DNA of 58,973 nucleotides from Anaerolineae bacterium (GTDB lineage: Bacteria > Chloroflexota > Anaerolineae > J102): the NCBI GenBank assembly GCA_011371305.1, contig DRQW01000009.1, positions 1-58,973 of the forward strand, read 5' to 3'. The position numbers and the translations under genes were made by a program. The notes under the pieces are model-generated. The model was not told the DNA's origin. It was given only the letters and a program-made list of their open reading frames with translations, and did not search any database. Positions within the stretch are counted from its first letter, which is position 1, and every line of letters begins with the position of its first letter. Shown piece after piece: positions 43,967-54,025 of this stretch.

Positions 43967-45187
43967 ATGTACGACTTTTTTGTTAAGACCTTTCCCCGGT
44001 TCCTACTCTTCGTCGCGGTATTGGCCGCACTGGTTGCTGTAGGATTCATCGCTCGCGCCTGGACGCAGGAACAGGTCGTGGCTTATGAGGCGGAACGGCC
44101 CGAAACAGGCCTGGTGCGGAACACCACCGCGGCATGGAAAAACCTCAATCCCGACAACTTCGAAACCCAGGCTCTTCAGTTCTATCTCAATCTCAATCGA
44201 GAGGCCATCTATGAACCCGTCGATCCCAACGGCGAGCCCGTGGAATTTCGCGTCGAATTGGGAGAAACGGGACGTAGTATTTCCGAACGGTTGGAGGCCA
44301 TGGGGTTGATCCGGGATGCGGGGCTGTTCCGGCTTTATTTGCGGTTGAATAACCTGGAACAGAAGCTGGAAGCTGGTAAGTTCATCCTTTCCCCCGCGAT
44401 GACGGTTCCTGAGATCGCAGAAGCTTTGCAACAAGCCCGTCGTGAGGATATCCTTGTGCGTATTCCCGAAGGCCGCCGGGCGGAAGAGATCGCGCAGATT
44501 TTAGAAGAGGCCGAGGTCATCGACGCTGCGGAATTTATGGCGGCTGTGCGCACGGGGGATCTCAATTTGCTGGGGCTTCCCGACTATCCTTTGCTGCGGG
44601 ATAAACCGCCGGGCGCGTCTTTCGAAGGATATCTCTTCCCCGACACCTACCGGTTTCCGGAAGATGCCACCCCTGCGGACATTCTCCGCCAGATGTTCGA
44701 CAATCTAGAGGTCAAGATCGAAGATAAAGATCGCACGGCCATTGCGGCCAGCGGACGCACCTTCTTCCAGGTTCTCATCCTCGCTTCCATTGTCGAACGG
44801 GAGGCCGTGTTGGATGAAGAACGTCCGCTCATAGCCTCCACCTATCTCAACCGTCTCGGTCCCGTGTGCGAGAAGGAAGTCTTTGGCTACCTGGCCGCGG
44901 ACCCGACCGTCCAGTATGCCATGGGATATGACCCTGACCAAGACACCTGGTGGCCTACCGTGCCCGATGTGCAGGATTATCTGGAGGTCAATTCCCCTTA
45001 CAACACCTATCTTTATCCTGGCCTCCCCCCAGGCCCCATCGCCAATCCAAGCCTAGCCTCCATCAAGGCCGCTATTTATCCTGCCCAGACCACCTATTGC
45101 TACTTTGTGGCCACCGGCGATGGTCGTCATGTCTTTTCTGAGACGGGTGCAGAGCACGAGCTCAACGTGCAATCCAATCAACCTTAA
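43967..45187 (+). CDS. mltG: Endolytic murein transglycosylase MltG (YceG-like)
   Basis: N-terminal TM, then a LysM-like region, then FEGYLFPDTYRF...LASIVEREA...NRL...ADPTVQYA...YNTYLYPGLPPGPIANP. A TTG at 43880 is an alternative start. Confidence 0.88.
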   Translation: MYDFFVKTFPRFLLFVAVLAALVAVGFIARAWTQEQVVAYEAERPETGLVRNTTAAWKNLNPDNFETQALQFYLNLNREAIYEPVDPNGEPVEFRVELGETGRSISERLEAMGLIRDAGLFRLYLRLNNLEQKLEAGKFILSPAMTVPEIAEALQQARREDILVRIPEGRRAEEIAQILEEAEVIDAAEFMAAVRTGDLNLLGLPDYPLLRDKPPGASFEGYLFPDTYRFPEDATPADILRQMFDNLEVKIEDKDRTAIAASGRTFFQVLILASIVEREAVLDEERPLIASTYLNRLGPVCEKEVFGYLAADPTVQYAMGYDPDQDTWWPTVPDVQDYLEVNSPYNTYLYPGLPPGPIANPSLASIKAAIYPAQTTYCYFVATGDGRHVFSETGAEHELNVQSNQP

Positions 45188-45275
45188 AACCAAAAGTTTG
45201 CGTGCAGCAGAACTGACCAAAACCTTATTCTCATCCAGCAACGAACCCCAGCTATAACAACGCGTGTGACGCATC

Positions 45276-46160
45276 ATGTCTCGAAACAACGAGGTTTCTC
45301 GCATATTTTTTGCTGTAGTCGCTTTGTTTTTTTCCCTGGCGCTGTTTTCCGTGGGTTGCAAAAATTGGCGTGCGCCCCAAGTGGTGAAGATCGGGCTCAT
45401 CGCGCCTTTCGAAGGCGCCTCGCGTCCGTTGGGTTATGACACATTGCATGGGGTGAAATTACGCATCAATCAATGGAACGAAAGCGGGAGGGAGCCGAAA
45501 ATCGAGCTGGTGGCACTGAATGACGATAGTGATCCCGAGCTGGCTGCTAGGTTGCCCGATCAGCTGGCGCAGGATACGGATATCCGGTTGATTCTAGGAC
45601 CACCTCAGGGCCATACCGCGATCGCGGTCCTCAGCAGCTTGCAAAAACACAACATCCCTACCCTGTTGCTGGCTCCCGTGCGGAGTGTGCCAACGGATGG
45701 GCTCATCCTACCTTATGCAGGGATTGGAGCACACTATCAACAACTTTTTCAACCCATGTTTGGCATCCTTCCGCCTGCCTGGTCTCGTCCCATCAATCAG
45801 CCCTCCATTTGGTTGGGCGATCCTTTCACCCTGGCGGAGCTCTACAACGAATCGCCCGAACTGGTGCCTGCAGCCGGGCCGGTGGCAGGCGAGGAAGCAC
45901 TGCAAGGTTGGGCGCCTGACCTGACTTGGACGATCCCTTGGGCGGCGCCAATGCCTGAAAATCTTCCCGAAGATTTCTCACAACAATTCGAGGCACTGGC
46001 CGGAAAACCACCCAACTACGCCGCGGCCCTGGCTTATGCCGCTACGGACGAAGCCATTCGCCTTATCACCGGTGCGGAAGATTATCGACCGGATCATGAT
46101 GCCTTAAAGGAAGTCAAACTTCCTCCCATTACTGTCGTCAACCCCTATCTGGTCAAATAG
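45276..46160 (+). CDS. Lipoprotein with a type-I periplasmic binding protein-like (LivJ-like) N-terminal region
   Basis: Signal peptide plus lipobox (LFSVGC), then VVKIGLIAPFEGASRPLGYDTLHGVKLRINQWNESGREPKIELVALNDDSDPE. Shorter than canonical binding proteins. Confidence 0.45.
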   Translation: MSRNNEVSRIFFAVVALFFSLALFSVGCKNWRAPQVVKIGLIAPFEGASRPLGYDTLHGVKLRINQWNESGREPKIELVALNDDSDPELAARLPDQLAQDTDIRLILGPPQGHTAIAVLSSLQKHNIPTLLLAPVRSVPTDGLILPYAGIGAHYQQLFQPMFGILPPAWSRPINQPSIWLGDPFTLAELYNESPELVPAAGPVAGEEALQGWAPDLTWTIPWAAPMPENLPEDFSQQFEALAGKPPNYAAALAYAATDEAIRLITGAEDYRPDHDALKEVKLPPITVVNPYLVK

Positions 46161-46168
46161 GTCAGGCC

Positions 46169-47356
46169 ATGCATCGCTACTTGATGATTTCACCGGAGTA
46201 CAATTTGCAACGGGTAGGCGGGTTGGGGGTGCATGTGCAAGGCTTGGCTCCCAGGCTCAGCGACCGGGTGTTGCTCGACCTGTTTGTACCACGTTACCAA
46301 GGCTTGGGGGATTATTGTGAGCCGTTGCGGCGGCATGGGACGGTCTATCGGGCCGATGCTATCGAGCCCCGGCCAGGTGAGGATTTTGATCTCCAGGTCT
46401 GGCGGATGAACGATCAGATCAACGCGGCCATTACCCGCCATATCAACATCGGGCGGGAATTCAGCTTGATGCACGTGCACGACTGGCTCAGCGGCTATGT
46501 CGCAAATGACCTTCATCAGCGATATGGTATACCGATGGTCGCCACCATCCACGCGACCGAAATGGGACGTCGGCGAGGTCAAATCTGGGGAAATCCTCTC
46601 AGCGAGCGCATTCATCTGGCCGAACAATACCTGATCCGGGAAGCAGACCTCATCATTGTTTGCAGTGAGTTCATGCGGCAGGAGGTCATCACAGCTCTGA
46701 ATGCACCTCCAGAAAAAATCCGCGTCATTCCCAATGGTGTCGAATATGAACATCTGATTCATCTGCGGGATCAACTCGAAGCCTTGCCTTACATTCGAAG
46801 GCGCTGGGCTGAGCCCGATCAACCTCTCATTTTCTTTGTAGGGCGTCTGGAATGGGAAAAGGGGCCGGACTTGTTGGTGCAGGCCATGCCCATGGTGTTG
46901 GAAGCGTTCCCCAACGCGAAACTCATCCTCGCGGGCAAAGGTTCTTATACCGATCAGCTTGTCGCCCTGGTGCGGGAACTGGAACTGGAGGCTCATGTGC
47001 AAGTAGTCGGCTTCATCAGCGACCAAACCCGGAATGAGATCTATGCAGTGGCGGATGTGGCCGTGTTTCCCAGCCGTTATGAGCCTTTTGGCATTGTGGC
47101 GCTGGAGGCGATGGCTGCAGGAGCCCCTGTGATCGTGGGAGATGTAGGGGGATTGAGTGAGGTGGTGGAACACGGGGTGACGGGACTGCGAACGCCTAAC
47201 GATCCTCAAGCGATTGCTGATGCCATCCTTCAGACGTTGCATAACCCTGAGCAAGCCGCGGCCCGCGCCCGTCGGGCCCAGGATGTTGTGCGGACCCAAT
47301 ACAGTTGGGAAGCCATCGCCGAACGCGTATTGGAAGTTTATGCGGAATTAGTGTAG
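46169..47356 (+). CDS. Glycosyltransferase family 4 (GT-B, glycogen-synthase-like)
   Basis: GGLGVHVQGLAP..., FVGRLEWEKGPDLL, FPSRYEPFGIVALEAMAAGAPVI (EX7E region). Confidence 0.85.
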   Translation: MHRYLMISPEYNLQRVGGLGVHVQGLAPRLSDRVLLDLFVPRYQGLGDYCEPLRRHGTVYRADAIEPRPGEDFDLQVWRMNDQINAAITRHINIGREFSLMHVHDWLSGYVANDLHQRYGIPMVATIHATEMGRRRGQIWGNPLSERIHLAEQYLIREADLIIVCSEFMRQEVITALNAPPEKIRVIPNGVEYEHLIHLRDQLEALPYIRRRWAEPDQPLIFFVGRLEWEKGPDLLVQAMPMVLEAFPNAKLILAGKGSYTDQLVALVRELELEAHVQVVGFISDQTRNEIYAVADVAVFPSRYEPFGIVALEAMAAGAPVIVGDVGGLSEVVEHGVTGLRTPNDPQAIADAILQTLHNPEQAAARARRAQDVVRTQYSWEAIAERVLEVYAELV

Positions 47357-47389
47357 TGCCACCCTTTCGCCATCTATCCCCATGAGACC

Positions 47390-47857
47390 ATGTTAACGCC
47401 ATCCGACCTCCATCAATACATTCAGCAACATGGCCTGAACGCTCGGCTGATCAGGGATCTTGGTGATACCGCTACTGTGCCACTTGCCGCGACCGCGTTA
47501 GGCGTCCACGTTGATCAAATTCTGAAAACGCTGCTTTTCTATGTGCGGGGAAAGCCTTATCTTGTGATCAGCCATGGCGTAGCGCCGGTACCCGCCAGGC
47601 CTTTGGCTGATCATTTCGGTGTGGGCAAACGTCAGATCAAACTCGCACGCCCCGAGCAAGTGCTGGCTGAGACCGGATACCCGGTTGGGGGCGTGCCACC
47701 TATCGGGCATCTTCATCCCCTCCCGGTGGTCCTGGCCCGATCCATTCTTGATTACTCTGTTGTCTATGGCGGCGGGGGAGACGCGAAAACCATGTTGGAG
47801 ATCGCGGTTTCCGATTTACTTCGCCATCATGATCCCGTGATCTTGGCCCTAAGATAA
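47390..47857 (+). CDS. YbaK/ProX-type aminoacyl-tRNA editing (deacylase) domain protein
   Basis: 155 aa: ...ILKTLLFYVRGKPYLVISHGVAPV...TGYPVGGVPPIGH.... Confidence 0.75.
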   Translation: MLTPSDLHQYIQQHGLNARLIRDLGDTATVPLAATALGVHVDQILKTLLFYVRGKPYLVISHGVAPVPARPLADHFGVGKRQIKLARPEQVLAETGYPVGGVPPIGHLHPLPVVLARSILDYSVVYGGGGDAKTMLEIAVSDLLRHHDPVILALR

Positions 47858-47945
47858 TATCCTTTTCGGCCTTGTTGGCCCACTGAAACGTCCATTCGAA
47901 GCTTAACGATTTCCTGGTCCTCCATTGATACGTAGCCAATACGCC

Positions 47946-48461
47946 ATGTCCATTCCTGAGATGCGTTATACCCTTTGTTTTCTTTTTCGGGATGATGCCA
48001 TTCTGATGCTCAAACGCAACCATGCACCCAATCGCGGCTTATGGAATGGCGTTGGTGGTAAAATCGGACGAGGTGAAACACCTGTAGCAGCCTGTTTGCG
48101 CGAGGTGCGGGAAGAAACAGGGTATCACCTCATCACGCTTCGGTTTCATGGCATACTCACTTGGGAGGGCTATGAGACGCCGTCCGGAGGTTTGTATATC
48201 TTCTCTGCCCCCGCCCCAGAAGGAGAGCCCCATCCTACCCCGGAAGGGGAATTGCGATGGCATCCCAAAACATGGGTGTTTTCATCGCCCGAGGTGGTCA
48301 GCAACATTCACATTTTCGGCCCATGTCTCGATGCGGGATGTGCGCCACGCTGGTGGCATTTTCGCTATCATGAGGGTGTGATCGCATCTTGGCAGGAACG
48401 TCCATTGCCCATGTGGGTGGCGTTGGGTGGGCGGCGGGGATGTTGCTCCGCACCGAAGTAA
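47946..48461 (+). CDS. NUDIX hydrolase
   Basis: NUDIX box: GGKIGRGETPVAACLREVREETGY. Confidence 0.85.
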   Translation: MSIPEMRYTLCFLFRDDAILMLKRNHAPNRGLWNGVGGKIGRGETPVAACLREVREETGYHLITLRFHGILTWEGYETPSGGLYIFSAPAPEGEPHPTPEGELRWHPKTWVFSSPEVVSNIHIFGPCLDAGCAPRWWHFRYHEGVIASWQERPLPMWVALGGRRGCCSAPK

Positions 48462-48533
48462 ACGATCCTTCCAGAAAGGTACTCCTGTGATTGAGCCCCT
48501 TGGCGTGAGACATCGATTTTCCAAACAAGTGAT

Positions 48534-48562
48534 TTGACATGCAAGGGAAAACCTGTTAAAGT
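48534..48562 (+). promoter_or_regulatory. Sigma-70-like promoter (TTGACA-17 nt-TAAAGT) upstream of csp
   Basis: Hexamers at 48534-48539 and 48557-48562. The predicted TSS near 48569 gives a ~133-nt csp leader. Confidence 0.55.
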
Positions 48563-48598
48563 GTGCAGTGTAGGCCAACAAGCGCATCTGTCTCAAGT

Positions 48599-48636
48599 AG
48601 CAGTCGCCGCAGTTTTGGCGACTGCTTTTTGTTTTT
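48599..48636 (+). terminator. Terminator-like hairpin inside the csp leader (attenuator, or the 3-prime end of a ~68-nt sRNA)
   Basis: AGCAGTCGCC-gcagtttt-GGCGACTGCT followed by TTTTGTTTTT. A second palindrome GCGGCAGGCCTGCCGC (48642-48657) plus ATTTTTCT follows. Confidence 0.55.
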
Positions 48637-48701
48637 GATGCGCGGCAGGCCTGCCGCAACACATTTTTCTCAGTTTCACATTATAGGAGTAATGTAACAC
48701 C

Positions 48702-48911
48702 ATGTCTGCACGAGAACAAGGTACCGTCAAATGGTTCAATGCCAGCAAAGGCTACGGCTTTATCGCTCGCGATGGCGGCGAAGATGTCTTCGTCCACTTC
48801 TCGGCCATCCAGATGGATGGTTTCCGCACCCTGGAAGAGGGACAGCGGGTTGAGTTTTCCGTTGAGAGCGGCCCAAAGGGGCTTCAAGCCCGGGACGTGA
48901 CCGCGATCTAA
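48702..48911 (+). CDS. csp: Cold-shock protein (CspA family)
   Basis: [72 protein letters not shown]1/RNP2 motifs KGYGFI and VFVHF. Confidence 0.97.
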   Translation: MSAREQGTVKWFNASKGYGFIARDGGEDVFVHFSAIQMDGFRTLEEGQRVEFSVESGPKGLQARDVTAI

Positions 48912-48970
48912 CCGGCATTGAGGCAGACGGATGCCATCTCGATAGCATCCATTTATCTGCTATCATGACG

Positions 48971-49006
48971 AAAAAAGCGCGAGGGTTTCGACCTTCGCGC
49001 TTTTTT
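48971..49006. terminator. Bidirectional intrinsic terminator between csp and the LVIVD gene
   Basis: AAAAAA-GCGCGAGGG-tttcga-CCTTCGCGC-TTTTTT. Confidence 0.85.
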
Positions 49007-49020
49007 GTGATGGGATGGCA

Positions 49021-50334
49021 TCAATTTGTGCCCGGCATGAGGGAGAAATCGAATTCACCTACACGCTCGACATAACCCGATGCGGGGACGCAGCTATCCA
49101 CGCCGCGTACCTTGTAGCTGAAGTTCGTGTGAGGATCGCCGAGGGCTTGGGTATCGGTGTACGTGGTGGAAGAAATGGTCGCAACAAGGTTTGTGGCGTC
49201 GTAGGGCATAAAATAAGGATCGTTGACGGCGCGATAGACTTTGTATTGGCTGGCCCCAGTATCCGCCCAAGCGATTTGTACTGCCTGACCGAGAGGGGCG
49301 ATGGTTAATTCGGCCACATCCGATTGCTGTCCCCAGCAGGCGGGACCGGAAATATCGAACGCGCCCAGCACGAAGGGGCTGGTAGGGGTGGTGACATCGA
49401 AAACCCGTAGTCGAGACGCGACCTGTACATAAGCGCGGCCACTAGCCACATAGAGCGCCGAGCCGCCATCGGAATCATCCAGCGCTGCCTCAGTCACGTT
49501 TTCTTTGTCACTTACATCGAGAATGCGAAACCCATCGACACCATTGGCGATGTAAGCATAATCTCCGACAACAAAAATATCCTCGATGTTCGCTAGCGCA
49601 TAGTTACTGATAAAAGGAAAGCCTGAAGCGTTGGCGTCCAGGATGTCCATGGTATGCACACCACTGTCGATATAGATATAACCATCCGCCCCGAAAATCT
49701 CATAGGATTGGGCGTACTGGTTCGCTCCCCAAACCGTTAGTGAGCCATCGTCGTTGATGCGATAGCGTACAGTGTCGGGACCTGCCAGGAAGAGATAGCC
49801 ATCGGCGGACAGATGGAGATCGCGTGATGGATTGCCCCCATAACCATTAGCACCTTCATCCACCGGATTGGTCGGATCGGAGACGTTCAGCCAGTGCAGA
49901 TAGCCCCAATCTGCGGAGACATAAGCGTAATCGCCTTTGACGGCAACCCCTCGAGCAGGTGCTTCCGCCCCGCCGTAGAAAATCGGGGTGCTACTTAACC
50001 GAATGGGTGAGGTCGGCGTAGCGACATCCCATATTTCCAGGCCGCCAGCATCGGCCGCGATGTACAGGCGTTGCGTGGTCGTATCGTAGAAAAGGTCTTC
50101 CACGGCACCTCCTGTGTGGATGGCGTCAGAGACCAATGTGATGTGCGCGGGATCGCTGACATCAACGAGGGCGACATTGCCGTTGCCTGAGGCATAAAAG
50201 GCAAGTTGACGGGCTTCATCCAAGGCCACCCCCCGGTCTGAACCCTCATGCGTGGCTTGGGCCGGTCGAAGGTTTATCCCCACCAGCAGGGTGAGCAACA
50301 GCCCAAATATCACTAACGATAGCAGTGCTTTCAT
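49021..50334 (-). CDS. Secreted LVIVD-repeat beta-propeller protein with a C-terminal FN3-like domain
   Basis: Signal peptide MKALLSLVIFGLLLTLLVGINLRPAQA. Repeats such as VALVDVSDPAHITLV, LEIWDVATPTSPIRL, LHWLNVSDPTNPV, FRILDVSDKENV, LRVFDVTTPTSPF. GGAGGAG RBS before ATG 50334. Confidence 0.7.
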   Translation of the reverse strand: MKALLSLVIFGLLLTLLVGINLRPAQATHEGSDRGVALDEARQLAFYASGNGNVALVDVSDPAHITLVSDAIHTGGAVEDLFYDTTTQRLYIAADAGGLEIWDVATPTSPIRLSSTPIFYGGAEAPARGVAVKGDYAYVSADWGYLHWLNVSDPTNPVDEGANGYGGNPSRDLHLSADGYLFLAGPDTVRYRINDDGSLTVWGANQYAQSYEIFGADGYIYIDSGVHTMDILDANASGFPFISNYALANIEDIFVVGDYAYIANGVDGFRILDVSDKENVTEAALDDSDGGSALYVASGRAYVQVASRLRVFDVTTPTSPFVLGAFDISGPACWGQQSDVAELTIAPLGQAVQIAWADTGASQYKVYRAVNDPYFMPYDATNLVATISSTTYTDTQALGDPHTNFSYKVRGVDSCVPASGYVERVGEFDFSLMPGTN

Positions 50335-50484
50335 CGTTCTCCTCCGGGGAGCGTGCAGGATGGACCTCGGTATGTGGCATCGAAACCGAGAGAGTGTCTC
50401 GTCATGATAAAGGAGGAATCTTACGGTGAGATTACGATGCTGGGCTGTGATCGGCATGCTTTGAAAATCGTGTCTCGGCGTTGA

Positions 50485-50600
50485 TTGAGAATCGATGGTC
50501 AAGCCCACGTTGGGCGCAAGGCCAACGGGCGTGAAACATGATGCGTGAGAGGTATTTTCATCGGTATCGACGAGCGGCCGCGCGTGGTGCCTGTTTTTTA
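50485..50600 (+). repeat. Dispersed repeat family, copy D
   Basis: ..TCAAGCCCACGTTGGGCGCAAGGCCAACGGGCGTGAAACATGATGCGTGAGAGGTATTTTCATCGGTATCGACGAGCGGCCGCGCGTGGTGCCTGTTTTTT. Confidence 0.8.
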
Positions 50601-50732
50601 ATTGGGGTCGTTTGTTCGATGGACGAGTTTGCTATTACGGGGCCGCTGGCTTTCGAGAATTAGGGTGTTATCGTGTAGAATGAACATAGGAGAAAGAGAA
50701 TTCCTTCGCTTTCACGTTCCGGGAGGTTCGAT

Positions 50733-52418
50733 ATGCCTTTGTTCAATGAGGAACATCTCCAACGCCTGAGCCAAACCTTCAATCGTTGGAAGGATACGAC
50801 CCTGCGCAAGACGCTGGAGAGACGGCCCGAACGGTTAAAGAAATTCATGACCACCTCATCCCGCCCGGTCAGTCGCCTCTACACCCCGTTGGATATCGCG
50901 GATTTCGATTATGAGCAGCAGTTAGGGATGCCAGGCGAGTTTCCTTTCACCCGGGGCGTGCATAGCACCATGTATCGGGGTCGGTTGTGGACCATGCGCA
51001 TGTTTGCAGGATTTGGAACGGCGGAGGAAACCAATCAACGGTTCAAATATCTGTTGGAACAGGGACAGACGGGCCTTTCCGTAGCTTTCGACATGCCCAC
51101 CCTGTATGGCTATGACACGGACGCGCCCGAGGCTGTGGGAGAATTCGGCAAATGCGGCGTGGCTGTCTCCTCCTTGGCCGATATGGAGATCCTGTTCGAC
51201 GGCATCCCCATGGGCGAGGTCAGCACCTCCATGACCATCAATTCCCCCGCGGCCATCATCTGGGCCATGTACATTGTCGCTGCAGAAAAACAGGGCTACG
51301 ATCGGCGCATCCTGCGGGGTACCATTCAGAACGACATCCTCAAAGAATTCATTGCCCAAAAGGAGTTCATCTTCCCGCCCGAACCCTCGATGCGGCTGGT
51401 GACCGACACCGTGGAGTTTGGAACCCACGAGATGCCCTATTGGAACACTATCAGCATCAGCGGATATCACATCCGTGAGGCGGGCGCGACAGCAGCCCAA
51501 GAGTTGGCCTTTACCCTGGCCGATGGGTTTGCTTATGTGGAGGCCGCGTTGGAGCGAGGGCTGGATATCGACGCGTTTGCTCCCCGCTTTTCCTTCTTTT
51601 TCAACGTTCACAACGATTTCTTCGAGGAGATCGCGAAATTCCGGGCCGCGCGGCGGATTTGGGCCCGGGCCATGAAAGAAAAATACGGCGCCCAAAATCC
51701 GCGTTCCTGGATGTTGCGCACTCACGCCCAGACCTCGGGCGCATCCCTGACCGCGCAGCAGCCCGAGAACAACATCGTACGCGTGGCCATCCAAGCCCTG
51801 GCCGCGGTGCTGGGCGGCACGCAAAGCCTGCACACCAACAGCATGGACGAAGCCCTGGCGTTGCCCAGCGAAAAAGCCGTGACCATCGCCCTGCGCACCC
51901 AGCAGATTATCGCCCATGAATCGGGCGTGGCCAACACCGTCGATCCCCTGGCGGGTTCCTATTTTGTGGAAAAACTCACCGATGAGCTGGAAGAGGACGC
52001 GAATCGCTACTTCCGGCAAATCGAGGCTTTGGGGGGTGTGATCCGGGGCATCGAGACCGGTTACTTCCAGCGCGAACTGGCGGAGTCCGCCTATCGCTAT
52101 CAAATGGAGATCGATAACCGAGAACGGATCATCGTGGGGGTGAATGAATATGTGGCTGAGGAACCCATCGAGATCCCTATTCTCGAGATGGATCCTCAAG
52201 GCTATGAACGTCAGGTGGCCCGGTTGAATCGCGTCCGGGCGGAGCGTGACAACGGAGCCGTGGAAAAAGCATTGCGCGAGTTAGAAGACGCGGCTCGGGG
52301 GGACGAAAACCTCATGTATCCCATCATCGAAGCGGTCAAAGTGTATGCCACCCTGGGCGAGATGATGGGCGTCCTCCGAAAAGTCTTTGGCGAATACCAT
52401 GAACCCGTTTTCTTTTGA
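50733..52418 (+). CDS. Coenzyme-B12-dependent acyl-CoA mutase, large (substrate-binding TIM barrel) subunit; methylmalonyl-CoA mutase family, specificity uncertain
   Basis: 561 aa: [52 protein letters not shown]...[21 protein letters not shown]...[14 protein letters not shown]. Confidence 0.9.
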   Translation: MPLFNEEHLQRLSQTFNRWKDTTLRKTLERRPERLKKFMTTSSRPVSRLYTPLDIADFDYEQQLGMPGEFPFTRGVHSTMYRGRLWTMRMFAGFGTAEETNQRFKYLLEQGQTGLSVAFDMPTLYGYDTDAPEAVGEFGKCGVAVSSLADMEILFDGIPMGEVSTSMTINSPAAIIWAMYIVAAEKQGYDRRILRGTIQNDILKEFIAQKEFIFPPEPSMRLVTDTVEFGTHEMPYWNTISISGYHIREAGATAAQELAFTLADGFAYVEAALERGLDIDAFAPRFSFFFNVHNDFFEEIAKFRAARRIWARAMKEKYGAQNPRSWMLRTHAQTSGASLTAQQPENNIVRVAIQALAAVLGGTQSLHTNSMDEALALPSEKAVTIALRTQQIIAHESGVANTVDPLAGSYFVEKLTDELEEDANRYFRQIEALGGVIRGIETGYFQRELAESAYRYQMEIDNRERIIVGVNEYVAEEPIEIPILEMDPQGYERQVARLNRVRAERDNGAVEKALRELEDAARGDENLMYPIIEAVKVYATLGEMMGVLRKVFGEYHEPVFF

Positions 52419-52498
52419 TGGATGCCTTATAGTACCTGCGATGATCACTTCCAGCAATTTGGTATTCACATACGTCCCCTTCATTCGTTGAGGTTATC

Positions 52499-52903
52499 AT
52501 GGATAGAAAAGTACGTGTTTTAGTCGCCAAACCGGGCCTGGATGGCCACGACCGCGGGGCCAAGGTCATTGCCCGGGCCCTGCGCGACGCGGGCTACGAA
52601 GTCATCTACACCGGCATTCGCCAGACTCCGGAGATGATTGCTGAGGCCGCGTTGCAAGAAGATGTGGACGTCGTGGGCCTGTCCATTCTCTCGGGCGCGC
52701 ACATGGCCCTGGTTCCCCGCGTCCTGGACGAGTTGAAAAAACGAGGGTTGGATGATGTAGTCGTGCTCGTTGGTGGCATCATCCCGGATGAGGATGTCCC
52801 CGCGCTGCTAGACATGGGCGTGGCGGGGGTCTTCGGCCCCGGCACCCTCACTTCCGAAATCGTCGAGACCATCGAGAAAGCCCTGGGCCGCGAACTGGCT
52901 TAG
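52499..52903 (+). CDS. Acyl-CoA mutase small subunit (cobalamin-binding domain)
   Basis: [39 protein letters not shown]... with the DxHxxG B12-binding motif. Confidence 0.92.
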   Translation: MDRKVRVLVAKPGLDGHDRGAKVIARALRDAGYEVIYTGIRQTPEMIAEAALQEDVDVVGLSILSGAHMALVPRVLDELKKRGLDDVVVLVGGIIPDEDVPALLDMGVAGVFGPGTLTSEIVETIEKALGRELA

Positions 52904-52932
52904 GGTATGCCGCACACGGAATACAATTGTTC

Positions 52933-53955
52933 ATGGACCTTTCCACTGTTTCAGGGCTCACCGAAGCCCTGCTCGCGGGCGACCGCCGTGCTCTGGCTCG
53001 CGTCATCTCCCATATCGAAAACAACACGGAATTGGCCCGCCCCCTCCTGGCCGCGCTTTATCCCAAATCGGGTCGGGCCCATATCATCGGCGTCACCGGT
53101 TCCCCGGGCACAGGGAAATCTACCCTGGTCAACGCCATCGCCCAAATCTACCGCGGGCGGGAGCTCTCGGTGGGTATCATCGCCATCGATCCCACCAGCC
53201 CCTTCAGTGGCGGCGCGTTGCTGGGCGATCGGGTGCGTATGCGCGATCTCGCCGGGGATCCAGGGGTTTTCATTCGTTCTATGGCCACTCGCGGTAGCCT
53301 AGGCGGACTGGCCCAAGCCACCGCCGATGTGATCATGATCCTCGATGCTGCAGGGTTTGATCGGATTATCGTCGAAACCGTCGGCGTCGGACAAAGTGAA
53401 GTGGAGATCGCCAGCGCGGCCTATACCACCGTGGTGGTAGAAGCCCCCGGGCTGGGCGACGAAGTGCAGGCCATTAAAGCGGGCGTACTGGAGATCGCGG
53501 ACATCTTCGCGGTGAATAAGGCGGACCGGGAGGGCGTGGAACGCACGGTTATGGCCCTGAAAATGATGCTTAGCTTGGGGGTGCCCGACCGCTTTCAGGT
53601 TATGCACCATGGCCGCATGTTGCCCGTAGAAATCCCCCAGGCCCGGCGCGATGCCAGCGCCTGGACGCCCCCCATCATCAAAACCGTCGCGACCTCGGGC
53701 CAGGGTGCGACCGAGCTGGTGGAAGCCATCGAAAACCACCGTCTTTATCTGGAACAAAGTGGTGGTCGGCTGTTACGTGATCGTCTGCGTGCTGCCACCG
53801 AATTACGGATGATCCTGCGCGATTACTTGCTGGAGCGCACATTGGCCCAAATACCCCAGGAAAAACTTCAGCGGACGATTGAGGATGTGGCATCACGCAA
53901 AATCGATCCATATTCGGCTGTCCGTCATCTTGTGAATGAAGTGGCCAAGGTGTAG
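52933..53955 (+). CDS. meaB: Methylmalonyl-CoA mutase-associated G-protein chaperone MeaB/ArgK
   Basis: GVTGSPGTGKSTLVNAI (P-loop), IAIDPTSPFSGGALLGDRVRM, VETVGVGQSE, VNKADR. Confidence 0.9.
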   Translation: MDLSTVSGLTEALLAGDRRALARVISHIENNTELARPLLAALYPKSGRAHIIGVTGSPGTGKSTLVNAIAQIYRGRELSVGIIAIDPTSPFSGGALLGDRVRMRDLAGDPGVFIRSMATRGSLGGLAQATADVIMILDAAGFDRIIVETVGVGQSEVEIASAAYTTVVVEAPGLGDEVQAIKAGVLEIADIFAVNKADREGVERTVMALKMMLSLGVPDRFQVMHHGRMLPVEIPQARRDASAWTPPIIKTVATSGQGATELVEAIENHRLYLEQSGGRLLRDRLRAATELRMILRDYLLERTLAQIPQEKLQRTIEDVASRKIDPYSAVRHLVNEVAKV

Positions 53956-54025
53956 TGTCCCGTTTCCGACAACGTTGGTTTCCATCCGTTGATTCCGAGG
54001 AACCTACCTTTCATGGAGGCAACTT

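Noticed and set aside
50922-52199. 425-aa minus-strand ORF
   Set aside because: Antisense to the acyl-CoA mutase large subunit, with Gly/Arg/His-rich composition. Similar antisense ORFs at 46190-47299 (GT4), 42471-43385, 34281-35171, 23670-24464, 21505-22056 and 13055-13696 were rejected for the same reason.
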